From assembly GCA_976551045.1 (NCBI GenBank), contig CDPCPM010000107.1, forward strand, positions 9,176,001-9,240,000: 64,000 nt of DNA, in the 5' to 3' direction. Position numbers and translations under genes: made by a program. Origin of the DNA: Glaucostegus cemiculus (lineage: Eukaryota). Positions 37,020 through 49,041 of the stretch are shown one piece after another. Within the stretch, counting starts at the first letter, position 1; each line of letters begins with the position of its first letter. The notes beneath the pieces are model-generated. The model had not been told where the DNA came from and did no database searches. It saw only the letters and a list, made by a program, of their open reading frames with translations.

Positions 37020-38610
37020 TTGTATCAAAATATTTAATAAATATTAATTTCCAAAATTTATTGCCAGGAGCAACACAAAGATGCATCCTCATGTTCATAT
37101 AACACTAATGTCACAATACACAAGAAAGCATCATGACCAAGATTTCACCAATGAGATTACCATGTTTAAGAGCCTTTCCAGATCTCCACGTGGATTATAC
37201 TTTTCAGAACTTGGATTTCCTTAGGCAAGGCAGGCAGTGTGACATGGCATTTCCACAGTGATCTCACTGGCAAAATCTACCATTCAAGTATTCAACAGCT
37301 AGCTTATTATTAGAATACTTCCTAAATGCAGGTATGTTATCACAAAAATCAAATCTACAAGTGGTTCAATATTATATCCAAGGTGAAAGATCAGGATTTA
37401 CAAAACAAATGTTGTGCTGTGCTTTTAACTCAAATGCACTATCTAGAGATATACAATTTTTTTTTCATTTTTATTTTTTTTGTACATGCAACCACTCACA
37501 TTTCAGTTACACAAAAGTAAATAGGTTAATTTGTTCCCTTGCATTTGTATTTTGTTGCAGACTGTCCGCCCCGTCACTCCAATGTTTTAAATTCTAAAGC
37601 AGCAATTATCAAAGCATTCTAGTCTAATGCTCTCCGCATGTCTGTTTGATGTGTACAAAAAAATCTTGGCCAAAATAAAGAAAGAGTTTGAAGTGATACT
37701 ATAGAAATTGATCCAAAATGTCTGACATTGTACAAAACAGTTCCAAGGCACGCGGCCAATTCTAGTGTTAAAAAATAATCTATTCTGCAACTAGAGCACA
37801 CCTCAAATTTGGCATGTAGGCAACATTACTGAAACACAAAGAAACAATTCATCAAAAATAAAGGAGCCATTAGCTTACAAAGCTATCAAAAACCTTCAAA
37901 TCTAAACATACATATAAATAAAAGGAATGGTATTTAAGGCTCTTGATTATTTAAGTTATTAAATCAAATATACACAGTGATTAATTAAAAAAAGTATTTA
38001 CATTTATACAAAATCATAAACACTTGGCCTTTTATTAAATTCTTCATCTGAACAGCAACTGCTGACATGTGCCCACCCCCTCCCCCCAAAAGAAAGTATC
38101 ATCTTGGATTTTGATGATTGCTGTGGTTTTCAGCTGCAAAGGCACTTTCAAATACAGAACTAGACTAACAAAGTCAAATCTACTATACATAACTTAACAA
38201 TACTGAGAAATTTGAGCCAGTAAAATAAATAAAAATTCACCATCTTAAATTAAATTGGGACTGGGCAAACACCTAACAACTAGATTTCAGTTCAAGGGCA
38301 TGGAGTCCTAATTAGACTGGTTTAATTGAAGAATGGTTCAGCAATGCATAAACTGTAACTGAATTTACATTAGGGCACTCTTGACTAGTTTTGCATAGAC
38401 ATGAGATGCAGCACATGTAGTCTCAGCCAACCACAGCAACTATCAATGCCAGTGTAAGTCAGTTTGTCTTGTCTTGAGCAAACATAGGGATTCTTTGCAG
38501 ATAATACCCTTTACATAATATTACAGAACAATTTAGGAACTATGACTTTGAGCCTTCAGGGATAGCAAAAGGCTGTGCATCTTTTATTAAATAGGCAGCA
38601 CTGCTGACTG
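37020..38610 (-). other. JAG1: JAG1 3'UTR (about 1.6 kb to the proximal poly(A) site)
   Basis: Repeat-free, U-rich on the - strand, with AU-rich elements and miRNA seed sites. Ends near AATAAA 37057-37062 and ATTAAA 37033-37038. Confidence 0.8.
37033..37062 (-). terminator. JAG1 polyadenylation signal(s)
   Basis: Minus strand reads ctggcAATAAAttttggaaattaatatttATTAAAtatttt, closely resembling my recollection of the human JAG1 mRNA end. A GT-rich tract follows. Confidence 0.75.
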
Positions 38611-39065
38611 CTATACAATGTATTCCATGTGGCTCAAGCTCTGTGCACTTTCTAAGTCTCTGTTATCTTGTTTATTTGTCCAATTGGGATTTTTAGTAGG
38701 AGTGCCTTGTACAGGTTTTTCATCTCTGTCTACCAGTGTGTATGCCGACTGTTTGGAAAACCTCGTCTTCTGTTGGTGCTTGTCTACATCCACTTCTTCA
38801 AGCTCTGAATTATGCGTCCTTATTTTGGCAATTTTCGAATTTTTGTTTTCGTAGTCTTTGCTGGCAGAACTGTTCGTCCCGTGCTTTTCAATGGGATTTT
38901 TTATTTGATGCAGTTGCTCTCGGACATTGTTTGTTGTGTCATCAGACCCCGTAGGAGTGGGACTGCTCTGTTTTCTTCGACGTCGTATCCACCAGAAGAA
39001 CAACATTACGAAGCAACAGATCCAAACCACGGTGATTACTGAGCTCAGTAAAGGGACCAGGAAAT
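38611..39065 (-). CDS. JAG1: Jagged-1 exon 26 coding part (TM helix, intracellular tail, PDZ ligand)
   Basis: [18 protein letters not shown]...RRRRK, Mind bomb-binding motifs IKNPIEK and [10 protein letters not shown], and C-terminal MEYIV, which distinguishes JAG1 from JAG2. Acceptor is CAGCAG, so the exon could also start at 39068. Confidence 0.97.
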
Positions 39066-40257
39066 CTGCTGGGTGAGAAGAGGGCAGGCTGAAGTTAGAC
39101 AAAAGGGAACAAGCAGTCTCTGGTGCCTTCCCCGGCGAATACAAGGCACCATGTACTAAGAGACAAACCAGAGATTTTGGAACTGATTCTCAAACAATCA
39201 GCTTCCATCACCCAGGGTGCCAATTACATCGATGCAATTAACTTAGTACCCCAAGGGTTCACATTCCTCATCACCAATCACTGACAACTGCTCAACATGC
39301 ACAAATTTCAAATGAGGACTGGATAATTGACATTGGAACCACTCCTCCCTGGCATCTTCTATATTGCAACGTTCCCCTTGGCCAGGAAGCATAGAACATG
39401 GTGGAGACAGGGAGGATGTGTTGATAGTTTGCCAGAGTATAGGTTTGGCATCTTGAACTCAAAAGGAGGGATTTCTTCATTCAAAGGAGTAACAAATCTT
39501 TGGTATCCTCTATCTCAATAGCTCTGGTTCTCACTATTGATTAAATTCATGACAATTACAGATTCTTGGATACTTGGACAGTAGTCAATAAAAGCTGCTC
39601 GATTAGCTACCAATTTTTCCTGAATAGCAGATTAGGTTCAAGGAACAATATGGTTTACTACTGCTTTATTTTGAAACAACTACTTCTGGCTTTATAAAAC
39701 CTACCCATAATCTTGATATCATTTATCACATGGAGTGACATGGAGAGATAGATAGGGAGGGGGAGGAAAAATACAATGTGCCAAGTTAAAAGTCACAACA
39801 GCCCTGGTGAGCCTTGAAACAAATCTACATGGTAAAATACAAGCAGCTTTTTAATCTGTTTGTGGGGGGATGGGGGAAGGTGGTGAGTTGGGGAAAACAG
39901 GAGAGCTAAGAGGGTTGGGGGAAAAAACCCTATAATAACCCAGTGAGCAAGACTTTGATGCTGGCAATGCTTCTACTATTAAAGTTTGATTATCTTATCT
40001 AATTGCAGAACCACATTTGCAGATTTGTCCGGCAAATACTGAAGACCCTATCTGGTGCCAAGGTATGTTTTGCATTTGACACCACTTCCTCTTTGGAAAA
40101 GGGCTTCAGATGTACTCCTCGCATGTGATTCCAATTGGGATGGCAGTAACACAGTCTGATGTGACTGTTCATCTGTCCCATTTCCTAAAAGGAAAATAGC
40201 TCAGGCCAACCAAGTTTTAGATTTCCCTTTTACTGAGCTCTTAATTCAGTGTCTTAC

Positions 40258-40408
40258 CTGGCTTCAGTCGTTCATGTACTGTCTGCACTCGAACCTCTGC
40301 AATAGCTGCAAGAATTGTGTTGTTTCCATCACGTTTACTGATGACATCAGTAATTCTCTCAGTTAAATCCTTGATTGGATTAGCTTCCTGCTGTGAATTT
40401 TCCACTGA
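40258..40408 (-). CDS. JAG1: Jagged-1 exon 25 (juxtamembrane)
   Basis: 151 nt, AG/GT. SVENSQQEANPIKDLTERITDVISKRDGNNTILAAIAEVRVQTVHERLKP. Confidence 0.95.
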
Positions 40409-40514
40409 CTGGTTGGGGGGGGGGGGGTGAGTAGAGAAGGAGAAAAAGTTAAACAACCTGAAGTTATCAGAACCAGATCCATTTGAAATTTTAGTGATGC
40501 AGAGAGATGCTTAC

Positions 40515-40643
40515 TATTGCCACATTAATCTCATTGGCAGAGTGGGTTTGTTCGCAGACAAGGTAAAGTGAATATTCCACCGATAGGTTGCGTAAAACCT
40601 GTAGGCGCCTCAATTCCACACAGATTTGTTCAATGGTAACACC
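40515..40643 (-). CDS. JAG1: Jagged-1 exon 24
   Basis: 129 nt, [47 protein letters not shown]. Confidence 0.94.
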
Positions 40644-41082
40644 CTAAAATTAAAACATTAAAATTAAATGCAAGACCAAGTATTTTGATGGTGCCAGAAT
40701 AGACATTGAAGAGACAGAACCAGTCAATAATATTGCAAAGTTCCCCATTACTTAAGCAATTCGAAGAGGCTTCAGAATCCCAGTTGTAAGTCTAGGACAT
40801 GGAAAACAATTATAAAATCATAGCCAATTTTTAACAGGAAAGGTAGGGAATACTCACTTGAAAAGGCAATGAATTTGCCGAGTGCTCGATTAACTTTAAA
40901 TTAAAATCAGATTTTCTAGACAGGAGTATTAAGTGAGAAGGAACCAAGGCTGGAAAATAGCTAAGATGCAGAGACTGACAGTTTCACTGAATAGAACAGC
41001 TTCCATCTGTTCTCCCATCATCACGTTAATTAAAAAAACTTCAAAAAGCCACCAGAAGAATTCATAACTCATGATTACATAC

Positions 41083-41319
41083 CGGTCGTAGCATCTCTTT
41101 GTTAATAGCAAGGGTGATCTTGGCACAAGTACTATCAAGATAATCTGTGTTGGGCTGACATCTGGTTTTTGTTGGTGGGCGACTGGATGAGCATTCACCC
41201 AAGCCCACACATGGAGGAACGAAACAGTGGTCCTCGCGCACTGGGAGGCACGTTTGCCAAGCTGGACAATCGCCGCGGCCTTTCCCGCGAACCTGGCAGG
41301 GTTTAGGACCGCACCACAT
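41083..41319 (-). CDS. JAG1: Jagged-1 exon 23 (cysteine-rich domain)
   Basis: 237 nt, AG/GT. MWCGPKPCQVRGKGRGDCP...CFVPPCVGLGEC...CAKITLAINKEMLRP. Confidence 0.95.
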
Positions 41320-42029
41320 CTATAAAAGACAGATTTAACAAACTCATTAGCTACTTGGCAGGGCAAGTACATGATTATCAAAAGTAACCAATTACTGGAC
41401 CTTGCTGCTGGTAAGTAGGACTCTTGAACACATCTTTTAAAAGTCAGAATCAGGTTGAGTTTGGTCATATGCTTAGGTGCAATGACACCCACTTGCAGCA
41501 GCAGAGGCACATAGAAACACCTTGCTATTGATTTTTATAAAAGTTTATTCACCTCAATGTTAATAAAACTATAGACCACCGTTTGAATTTCTTTCAATAT
41601 CATAGATTTTCTTGTTCCACCTTAAAAATGACCAGAATTATCCAAATTCAATTCCCCAGACAAGCCAGCTGGGGAGAGAGGATATACAATGCCTGATTGA
41701 AAGACAAGAGATCACTCAAACATGTTTTCACTGCCCCTGCTAGGGAGCCAACTGAATGACCCTTCGTTAGGAGAGATGGAAGTCAAATGCAAATATGCAA
41801 TTCAAAGGATACTTGAAATTCCAGAATCTAAAAAGGGCAAAAATTCTCAGCTGGCTACAAGTAGTTTGACCATGTAGAATATAGCTAAATGCTCACAGTC
41901 AAAATAAGTAAGGGAGGTAAGCTGCAGTCTGTTTCAATGTTTTAGATCCCATCAACTTTCATTTTCAAGTTTTTGCAACCATCGTACTTTAAGCTTTTAC
42001 TATTATCTGCTACTGTTTCCTGTTAGTAG

Positions 42030-42980
42030 GCTAACAGGAAACAGTGGGTATAAATGGCCCTTTATCTGGTTGGCAAGATGCAAGAGTGGCATGCCACAAG
42101 CATCAGTGCTGGGCCTCAATTTTTGTTTTAAACAACTTGTATAAATGACTTGAAGACACTGAAGGCCCGGTTGCTAAATTTGTGATACAAAGTGCAAAAG
42201 TAGGGTTACGTAGAGAACAAAGGGATAAACAGTACATAGGTTAAATGAGTAGATGAAGACCTGGCAATATAGCATAGGGAAAAATGTGAAATTGTCCAAT
42301 TTGTCAGGAAAAATAATAGTACATAAATTGAGAAATTGACGTAGAGGGATCTGGGTATCATAATGCACGATTCATAATAGTCTATAACGTAGGTACAGAA
42401 AACAAGCTAAGAGAATGTGATTGTTTATTGCTAAGGGAGTTTAATATAACAGTAGGTGGTTAAGCTACAATCATATCGGGAATTGGCAAGGCCATATCTG
42501 GAATGCTGTGTATACTATTGGTCTTCTTAAGATATTATAGTGTACTGTAATTTATAGGCAGCTTCCTAGTCAAATATCTGGAAATGCACTAATTGTCTTA
42601 GGAAGAAAGGCAGAACAAGCTGGGCTTGTATCCACTGAAGTTTACAAAGACGGACCTCATTGAAACATGAGGGGTCTTGACAGGGTGAACATGGAGGGGA
42701 TGTTTCCTAGAACTGAGGGATTACTATTCAAAAATAAGGGATACCCATTTAAAATTAGGTGAATTTCCTGAGCGTTATGAGTTCTAATCCTTAAAGGATG
42801 GTGGAAGCCATCTGAATAACTTAAGGCAGAGGTAAATTTACTTGACAGACAAGGGGCTGAAGATTACCATAGGTGGGCAGGAACAAGGAGTTGAGGTTAC
42901 GATCAGATCCACTGTGTTCTGATTAACTGGCAAAGCAAACATGGAACAGTGGCCTACTCCTGCTTCTAATCTGCATGTAT
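42030..42980 (+). mobile_element. Old CR1 fragment (JAG1 intron 22)
   Basis: Decayed RT segment (gccacaagcatcagtgctgggcctc, ctaaatttgtgatac) through a 3' end tggcctactcctgcttcta. Confidence 0.75.
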
Positions 42981-43199
42981 TCATGTTTTGACACGTGTAG
43001 CACTGAGCAGTTTTCTTAGTTTTAAGTTGCTAAAGCCAGTTTCTTATCCCAAAAGAATTATAATTAAGCTCAATGCAAATGAGCAGCAAGCTTCCTGCAT
43101 GAAAACAGCCTAATCTTAAAAAAACCATCACCTTAACTCTGGACTCCCTCTCCCCAGCCCCATTTAATGTTACTTCAGTGCTCAAACCTGTTACCATAC

Positions 43200-43309
43200 C
43201 TTTGTACATGTAACTCTGCCATTGTGACACTGACACCCATTGCAGTCTTCTTCCCATTTGGCTCCATGTGATACAATGCTCTCTTTCAGAATGCAAGCTC
43301 TTCCAGTAA
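43200..43309 (-). CDS. JAG1: Jagged-1 exon 22 (start of cysteine-rich vWC-like domain)
   Basis: 110 nt, AG/GT. VTGRACILKESIVSHGAKWEEDCNGCQCHNGRVTCTK. Confidence 0.95.
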
Positions 43310-43904
43310 CTGTACAAAGGGGGAGATTAAAATAAAGGGTAACAAGAGTTCGGAAATTTTCCATGCCAAGATTCAGTAATCCTCACTGCCAACCCATGCA
43401 CCATGCCACCCGTTAAACTCCTTGTTGTGGATGAATTAAAACCCTATTTGCTGTAAAAAAAGATAGCTCAACAGCAAGGTTAGAATGTAAAACACTGTTC
43501 AGAAAGAACAGTGACTGAGCAAAAGACCAATTGGCCTACTCCTGTTCCTAGACTATGTTCTTTTATTGATATCAGAACATACATCTTAACTTTCTACTTA
43601 TCTTGGATCTATCAGCCAGAAAGTTTTTTTGAAATTCTCAGATGACTTTGGACTATAATAAATTTTTTGGGGGAGGCAGGTTAGTCAAAGGAGGGAAGCT
43701 ATGAAGACAAAGTTCCACTTTTCCAGTAGCCATTGTATGCAGACACTTCCTGTCATAACCAGTGTCACCACCTTAAATTCTTTGTTGACTCTCCCACAAG
43801 AAATTGGCTTCTATCAACGCTAAAGCAACTTAAACACTTCAATCAAGCCCCCCCCCCCCCTTAAGCAGTCAATTGATTACATTGTGCTTTAAGACATGAT
43901 TTAC

Positions 43905-44018
43905 CTTCTTGACACCGTAAACCACTTTGTCCAGGTGGGCAAATACATCGAAAGCCATTGATTTCATCCACGCATGTGGCTCCATAGGCACAAGGTGAAG
44001 ACTGGCATTCATTGATGT
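43905..44018 (-). CDS. JAG1: Jagged-1 exon 21 (EGF16)
   Basis: 114 nt, [42 protein letters not shown]. Confidence 0.96.
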
Positions 44019-45029
44019 CTGAAAATAGTTGTTGCACAATGATTGAAAAGGCACAAAAACAATTGTGCAATGCAATCAAAATTTAATGCTGAACATGCTG
44101 GAAATACGAAATAAATGCTTAAATTGCTCAGATTAGGCTGTTTCTGTGCAGAGAAGTCAAACTGATGTTCCAGTTCAATAAATTTGCTTTAAAATCTGCT
44201 GTGCTGCTTCTCTTGCCGAGTATGTCAATATTGTTTTTTTTAAAAAAAGGTCTAAAATCTCACCGTTGGAACTCTCTTTATTCTAAATAGTAAGACATTT
44301 CTGGAAGGATGCAATCATTAAACTTTGTCCAATACTTCTAAAAAAAATTTCCCTGCAAGGCATGTTTTTATTAAATCTTACTATGGTCCAAAACGACCAT
44401 AGAACTTAAAAGCAAATTATTGCTAAGTAAAACTGTAGACAAGATTAAACACAAATCCACCAGACTCTGAAGGGAAAAACAACCTTGATTTTTGCTTAGG
44501 GTGGAAGGCTGTGACAATAGGATCTATGCAGCCACTGTTGAGTCTCAATGGTTATAAAAGTCAAATGCATTTCCAGCAAACTGAGGAAGTTTTTTTTTTG
44601 GGGGGGTGGGATGGGAAGGAGCAAAGAATAATTAACAGTAATCTGTGGCGGCAGCTAAGCCCAATGGGACATTTGAACAATTCAATAGTTCACCAGATAT
44701 TCTGAATTTGAGTTTTTTGAAACTATGCTGAAGCTGACTAAATGTTCCTGAAGTAAATTCTCCTATTTTAAACACCTATTTTAATTAGCCAGTTATTAGA
44801 GTGCAAACTTGTTTTGCTATTTCACTTTTGGGCAGGTTTGTGGTGTGTCACAAATTAAGCTGGAATGTGTCACACAACCACACCCCAAATTTCCTCTGCA
44901 AACTTTGACTGGGAAAGCAATATATCCTGGAGTCCACAGTTTAGGTTTACTACTTTTACAGAGAATCGTTAAAAAGTTGGAGCACATAGCAACTGCACTA
45001 TTTGGGATTATCTTCTGAACTACTATTAC

Positions 45030-45725
45030 AAAGTGAAAAAATGTAAGGTCATCTGCTTAGTTGGCAGTAAAATCTATATTTTTTTCCAAAATGGTGAGAG
45101 ATCGAAAGGTGTTGGTGTTCAGAGACCCAGGTCTTTACATACTTGTCACTTAAAACTAATGTGCATCTACAGGAAACAATTAAGGAAGGCACAAGAGAAA
45201 GATATTTTATTGCAATTACACAAGGCCTTGGGTAACTACACCTGCACCTGATCTGGCCTCACTACTTAAAGATATACTGGCAATAGAGGGAGTGTACGAA
45301 AAGTTCAACAGTTTGATTCCCGGGATTGGATTAGGATGGTCAGGGGCAGGTGGTGAGAAGCAATTGTTCCCAGGAGAGATTAGGCAGACTCTAGAGTTGA
45401 AGAGTAAGGGGAGATTTCAACAAAACATACAAAATTCTTGACAGTAAATGCAGAGAAACTTCCTTTGGCTGGGGGTGGGGGGAGCTCAAAAGGAATCAGC
45501 AGCTATTCAGGTCAAGAGTTGAAGGAACTTCCTCACCCAGAGGGTGGTTAATCTTTGAAATTCTGTAGCCAAGGCCTGTGGAGACTGAGTCAGTGTATTC
45601 AAATCACAGATCTTTCTGGATAAAGGAATATTAAATTAGTATGCAAAAATAGCCATCAGGTTAAAAGCAAAAATCAGCCATGGTACAGATGCAAGGATCA
45701 AAATGGCCCTATTCTGCTCATTTCT
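45030..45725 (+). mobile_element. Old CR1 fragment (JAG1 intron 20)
   Basis: KCKVI and ILLQLHKALG motifs, cacccagagggtggttaatctttg, 3' end tggccctattctgctc. Confidence 0.7.
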
Positions 45726-46278
45726 TAAATAGTAATTCAGGGCTGTGCTTTTGTTAAATGCTGCTTACAGAAAAGATTACTCTCAAGTTATTCAATTTAA
45801 TGCAGATAAAATATTTTACTTTATCTGCACTACACTGATCTACCACCTACCTGCCCCTTCCCTCAACCAAAGTTTTCCTCATCTTTCAATTCTTCTGTAC
45901 TGTTTACTTTGAATTATTAAAACTTTTGGTTAAAGATGCCCTGATGGCAGAGGTCTCAGATGTCTGGTTTCCTGCACTGTGCCATTGTTAGTTCACGTGC
46001 AAAGAAACAGCACCATGGGAAACTAAGTGAACAGGGCAAGTAACTATGTAGTGTGTGAATACCAAATAAACTCAATGGCAAACCAGGTCCAGAAAGACAG
46101 ACTGGTTTGAGAAATGAAACAATGGTAAAATAAACAAAACTGATTGTAAATTTCTTTGGTTTATTAGGGAGAACTAAAGTTGACGGGTACTCCAGACTCT
46201 CTCCTGTTCTCGGTCAAAACAGTTCAACAGGAGTCAGGAATTAATACTGAATAAGCAATGCAGTGACGCTGAAGCCTA

Positions 46279-46380
<102 letters not shown>

Positions 46381-46457
46381 TTAGAAAATTAACGTTAGAT
46401 GGAAACCACAGTCACATGAATCCAAAACCTGAAAAAGACTTACAGGATCTCACTTAC

Positions 46458-46485
46458 CATGGGTGTGGATTGCAGTCATTTGTAT
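46458..46485 (-). CDS. JAG1: Jagged-1 exon 19 (start of EGF15, micro-exon)
   Basis: 28 nt, AG acceptor and GTAAGT donor. NTNDCNPHPC. Confidence 0.93.
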
Positions 46486-47867
46486 CTAGAGGGGAAAATA
46501 TTAAAAAGATTTTAATAACAGTCTGAGAGACTTTTGTCAAACATTAAACTTCCATTGTACTAGTGCCTAAGGTGGTGACTTGTTAATAGGCCCCTGATTA
46601 AAGTATAGGAAGTCATTTAATGTTTGTCAAATAGGTTGTTACCCTTCTGAATGGATTCCAGGCTTTCACTATGGACTTTGCTAAATACTTTTTGACAGAT
46701 GTGCGCATAGGGAGGCAGTCCTTGTAAAGTTAGTAACAGGAAGAAATGAGTGGAAGCAGACATTTCACTGCCCAGCCAAGAACATTGGGAGCAAGATCAC
46801 ATCTGCATTCATTTATATAATTTGCATCTCTCTCAGCCACAGGTCTCGTACTGGGCAATAAAATGGATTGCTATTAGATCTGGCAGAGTCCCAGTTAAAA
46901 TTCTTATTTTGCTGGGCTTCAGAAAAACAAATCGTAGAAGAGAACCTAATCAGAACACAGAAACAAGATATTGGGCCATAATTCACTGGAGGAATGTCTA
47001 GCAGCATCTGCTGTTAGCTAGACTTGCCCTTTTGTGTTTTTAAAAAAAAATGTTCATGCCTTCAGAATGTTTGTACGGCAAGTTGCTGAACATGCAGGCT
47101 ATACAAGGGAAACAGGGCATTTAGAAATTTAGTGCACAGTGAACAACTGTGCATTACCTTAATGAAATTCAAGGCATGTGAGATTAACTGTGCAAACAGC
47201 GAATCCAAGGGGAGTTGATGGGTTTGAGAGGAAGTTGCAGGAGCAATGGGTTTGCTCCTCCGGAGACCAGCATGGACCCAATGTCCTGTTCCTGTGTCAT
47301 TACAAGTTTCAGAAAGTTGGAGTGGTGTCATTGAAACCAGGAAAGGGAAAGAAAGGGGAAAACAGTGGATCGAGAAATGAAAACTTCCAAATGAAACTGA
47401 AACCCAAGACTCCACACTTAAATCATCCATGTTCAATACCTGAGAGTTCAATTTGGCAGGTGATTAGTTTTTATCACATTCTTAAAGAATACGTAGAGCA
47501 AAATGGGAATGACAGTTTAATTTGCGACCAGCAACATAATGGCACTCAACTTATTTCAAAGGAAACCCAGGCAGTGCGAGACTGCTTGTGAATACAATGG
47601 TGGAGCCACAGTTTTTGGCAGGACTGTTTGGATTTGTGTTTAACCACCCATCTCCCCCTCACCTGATGTGCATAAATAATGGTCACTAGCCTCATCTGTG
47701 TCACAGCAGCAAATCAACCTTCATAAAACTTACTGCATTCCTAACATCTAATTAGTTGCACAAAGCAAGTTGAGATTTTAAGTGTATTCATGCTTTAAGC
47801 ATGCTGCCAAAGAGAATTCTCCCCCCATCTTTTTGCAGTTATTTGGTCATAAAATACAATTACTCAC

Positions 47868-47984
47868 TCTGCGAGCATGTGATTCCTTCCCAGCCTTCTT
47901 TGCAGACGCAAGTGTAGGAATCCCCATTGACCACACAAGTACCACCATTCTCACAAGGATTTGGTAAACAGCTACTATTTCTTG
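47868..47984 (-). CDS. JAG1: Jagged-1 exon 18 (EGF14)
   Basis: 117 nt, [43 protein letters not shown]. Confidence 0.96.
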
Positions 47985-48071
47985 CTATGGGATGCAGGAT
48001 GGAGAGAAAAATAACATTACAATTCTTGCCAATCATGCCATAAACCTTAGAAAATAAGGTTAAAAACTTAC

Positions 48072-48185
48072 CTATGTTGCATGTGGCACCTTCCCAGCCA
48101 AGAGCACACATGCACTTAAATGTATCACCTTCATCATAACATGTCCCACCATTGTTGCATGTTGCCTCATCACACTGGCTGTCCC
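48072..48185 (-). CDS. JAG1: Jagged-1 exon 17 (EGF13)
   Basis: 114 nt, [42 protein letters not shown]. Confidence 0.96.
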   Translation of the reverse strand, partial: GTASVMRQHATMVGHVMMKVIHLSACVLLAGKVPHAT

Positions 48186-48291
48186 CTGCAAATTAACACA
48201 AGTTCAGAATTGTCTGTCCAAGTTGCAGTTTTGTTTACCCATGCAAGCATCACAATGCAGCTGAACAAAACAGAATGAACTGAGTACTCAC

Positions 48292-48405
48292 GAGAATGGC
48301 AGGTTTTGCCTTTCCAATCATTCTGGCATTCACAGTAGAAATCGTTGACCAGATCCTGGCACCTGCCTCCATTCTGGCATGGGTTTACACTGCAATCATT
48401 AATAT
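48292..48405 (-). CDS. JAG1: Jagged-1 exon 16 (EGF12)
   Basis: 114 nt, AG/GT. DINDCSVNPCQNGGRCQDLVNDFYCECQNDWKGKTCHS. Confidence 0.96.
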
Positions 48406-49041
48406 CTGCACAACAGGGAAGTGAAAATTAACTTGACAGCTGCACTGTGAAGCTCATTCTGCATCAGGCTTTGAGATATCACTGTTACACACCAAGCATT
48501 AAATAGTTTACCCTGAACACATGCCCCTGCCCATCTCTAACCCTCTCCAGCCCCACCCACTGCAATCTCTGCTCTCCTCCAATTACAACCTTTATTGCAT
48601 CACTGCTTCACCACTGGCAGCTGAACTTTAAATTGCCTAGTCCCCAAACTCAGTGTTCCCTTTTTAAATCTCTCAACTTAAAAATAATTCTATAAACGAT
48701 CTTTTATCATCCCCATCTCATCTTTATGCTTAATTTGGTAACTGCACCTTTTAAGAACCTCAGGACACTCCACAAAGGCACTATACAAATGATTATAATG
48801 CCCGTCAAGTGAACACGATAGAAAACTTATTTTCCCCTTTGTACATCTTTTATACAAAGGTATGTTCTCCACCTCCCCACAATAAATGTTCCCACTAACC
48901 TTCTATTCTTCAGAATACAACCATACCTGAAGGTGTACAAAATTAAATTGCTTTGGGGATTATATTTTGAACAAATTGCAAACAAAATTCTCATCACAAT
49001 ATTCGAGAATTGTAAAACGTTTGTGAGAAAGCACTGCTTAC

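Noticed and set aside
39069-39144. Upstream extension of the last JAG1 exon as a separate short membrane protein
   Set aside because: It starts at TTG, not ATG, and spans the branch point and polypyrimidine tract.
40415-40427. G-run beside JAG1 exon 25 as a G-quadruplex element
   Set aside because: On the transcribed strand it is a C-run within the acceptor pyrimidine tract; homopolymer lengths are also error-prone.
40929-41510. 193-aa alternative-frame ORF over JAG1 exon 23
   Set aside because: A shifted-frame shadow of a GC-rich exon, with a non-ATG start.
47062-47591. 137-aa and 129-aa ORFs in JAG1 intron 18
   Set aside because: No motifs or coding-like composition; such lengths are expected by chance.
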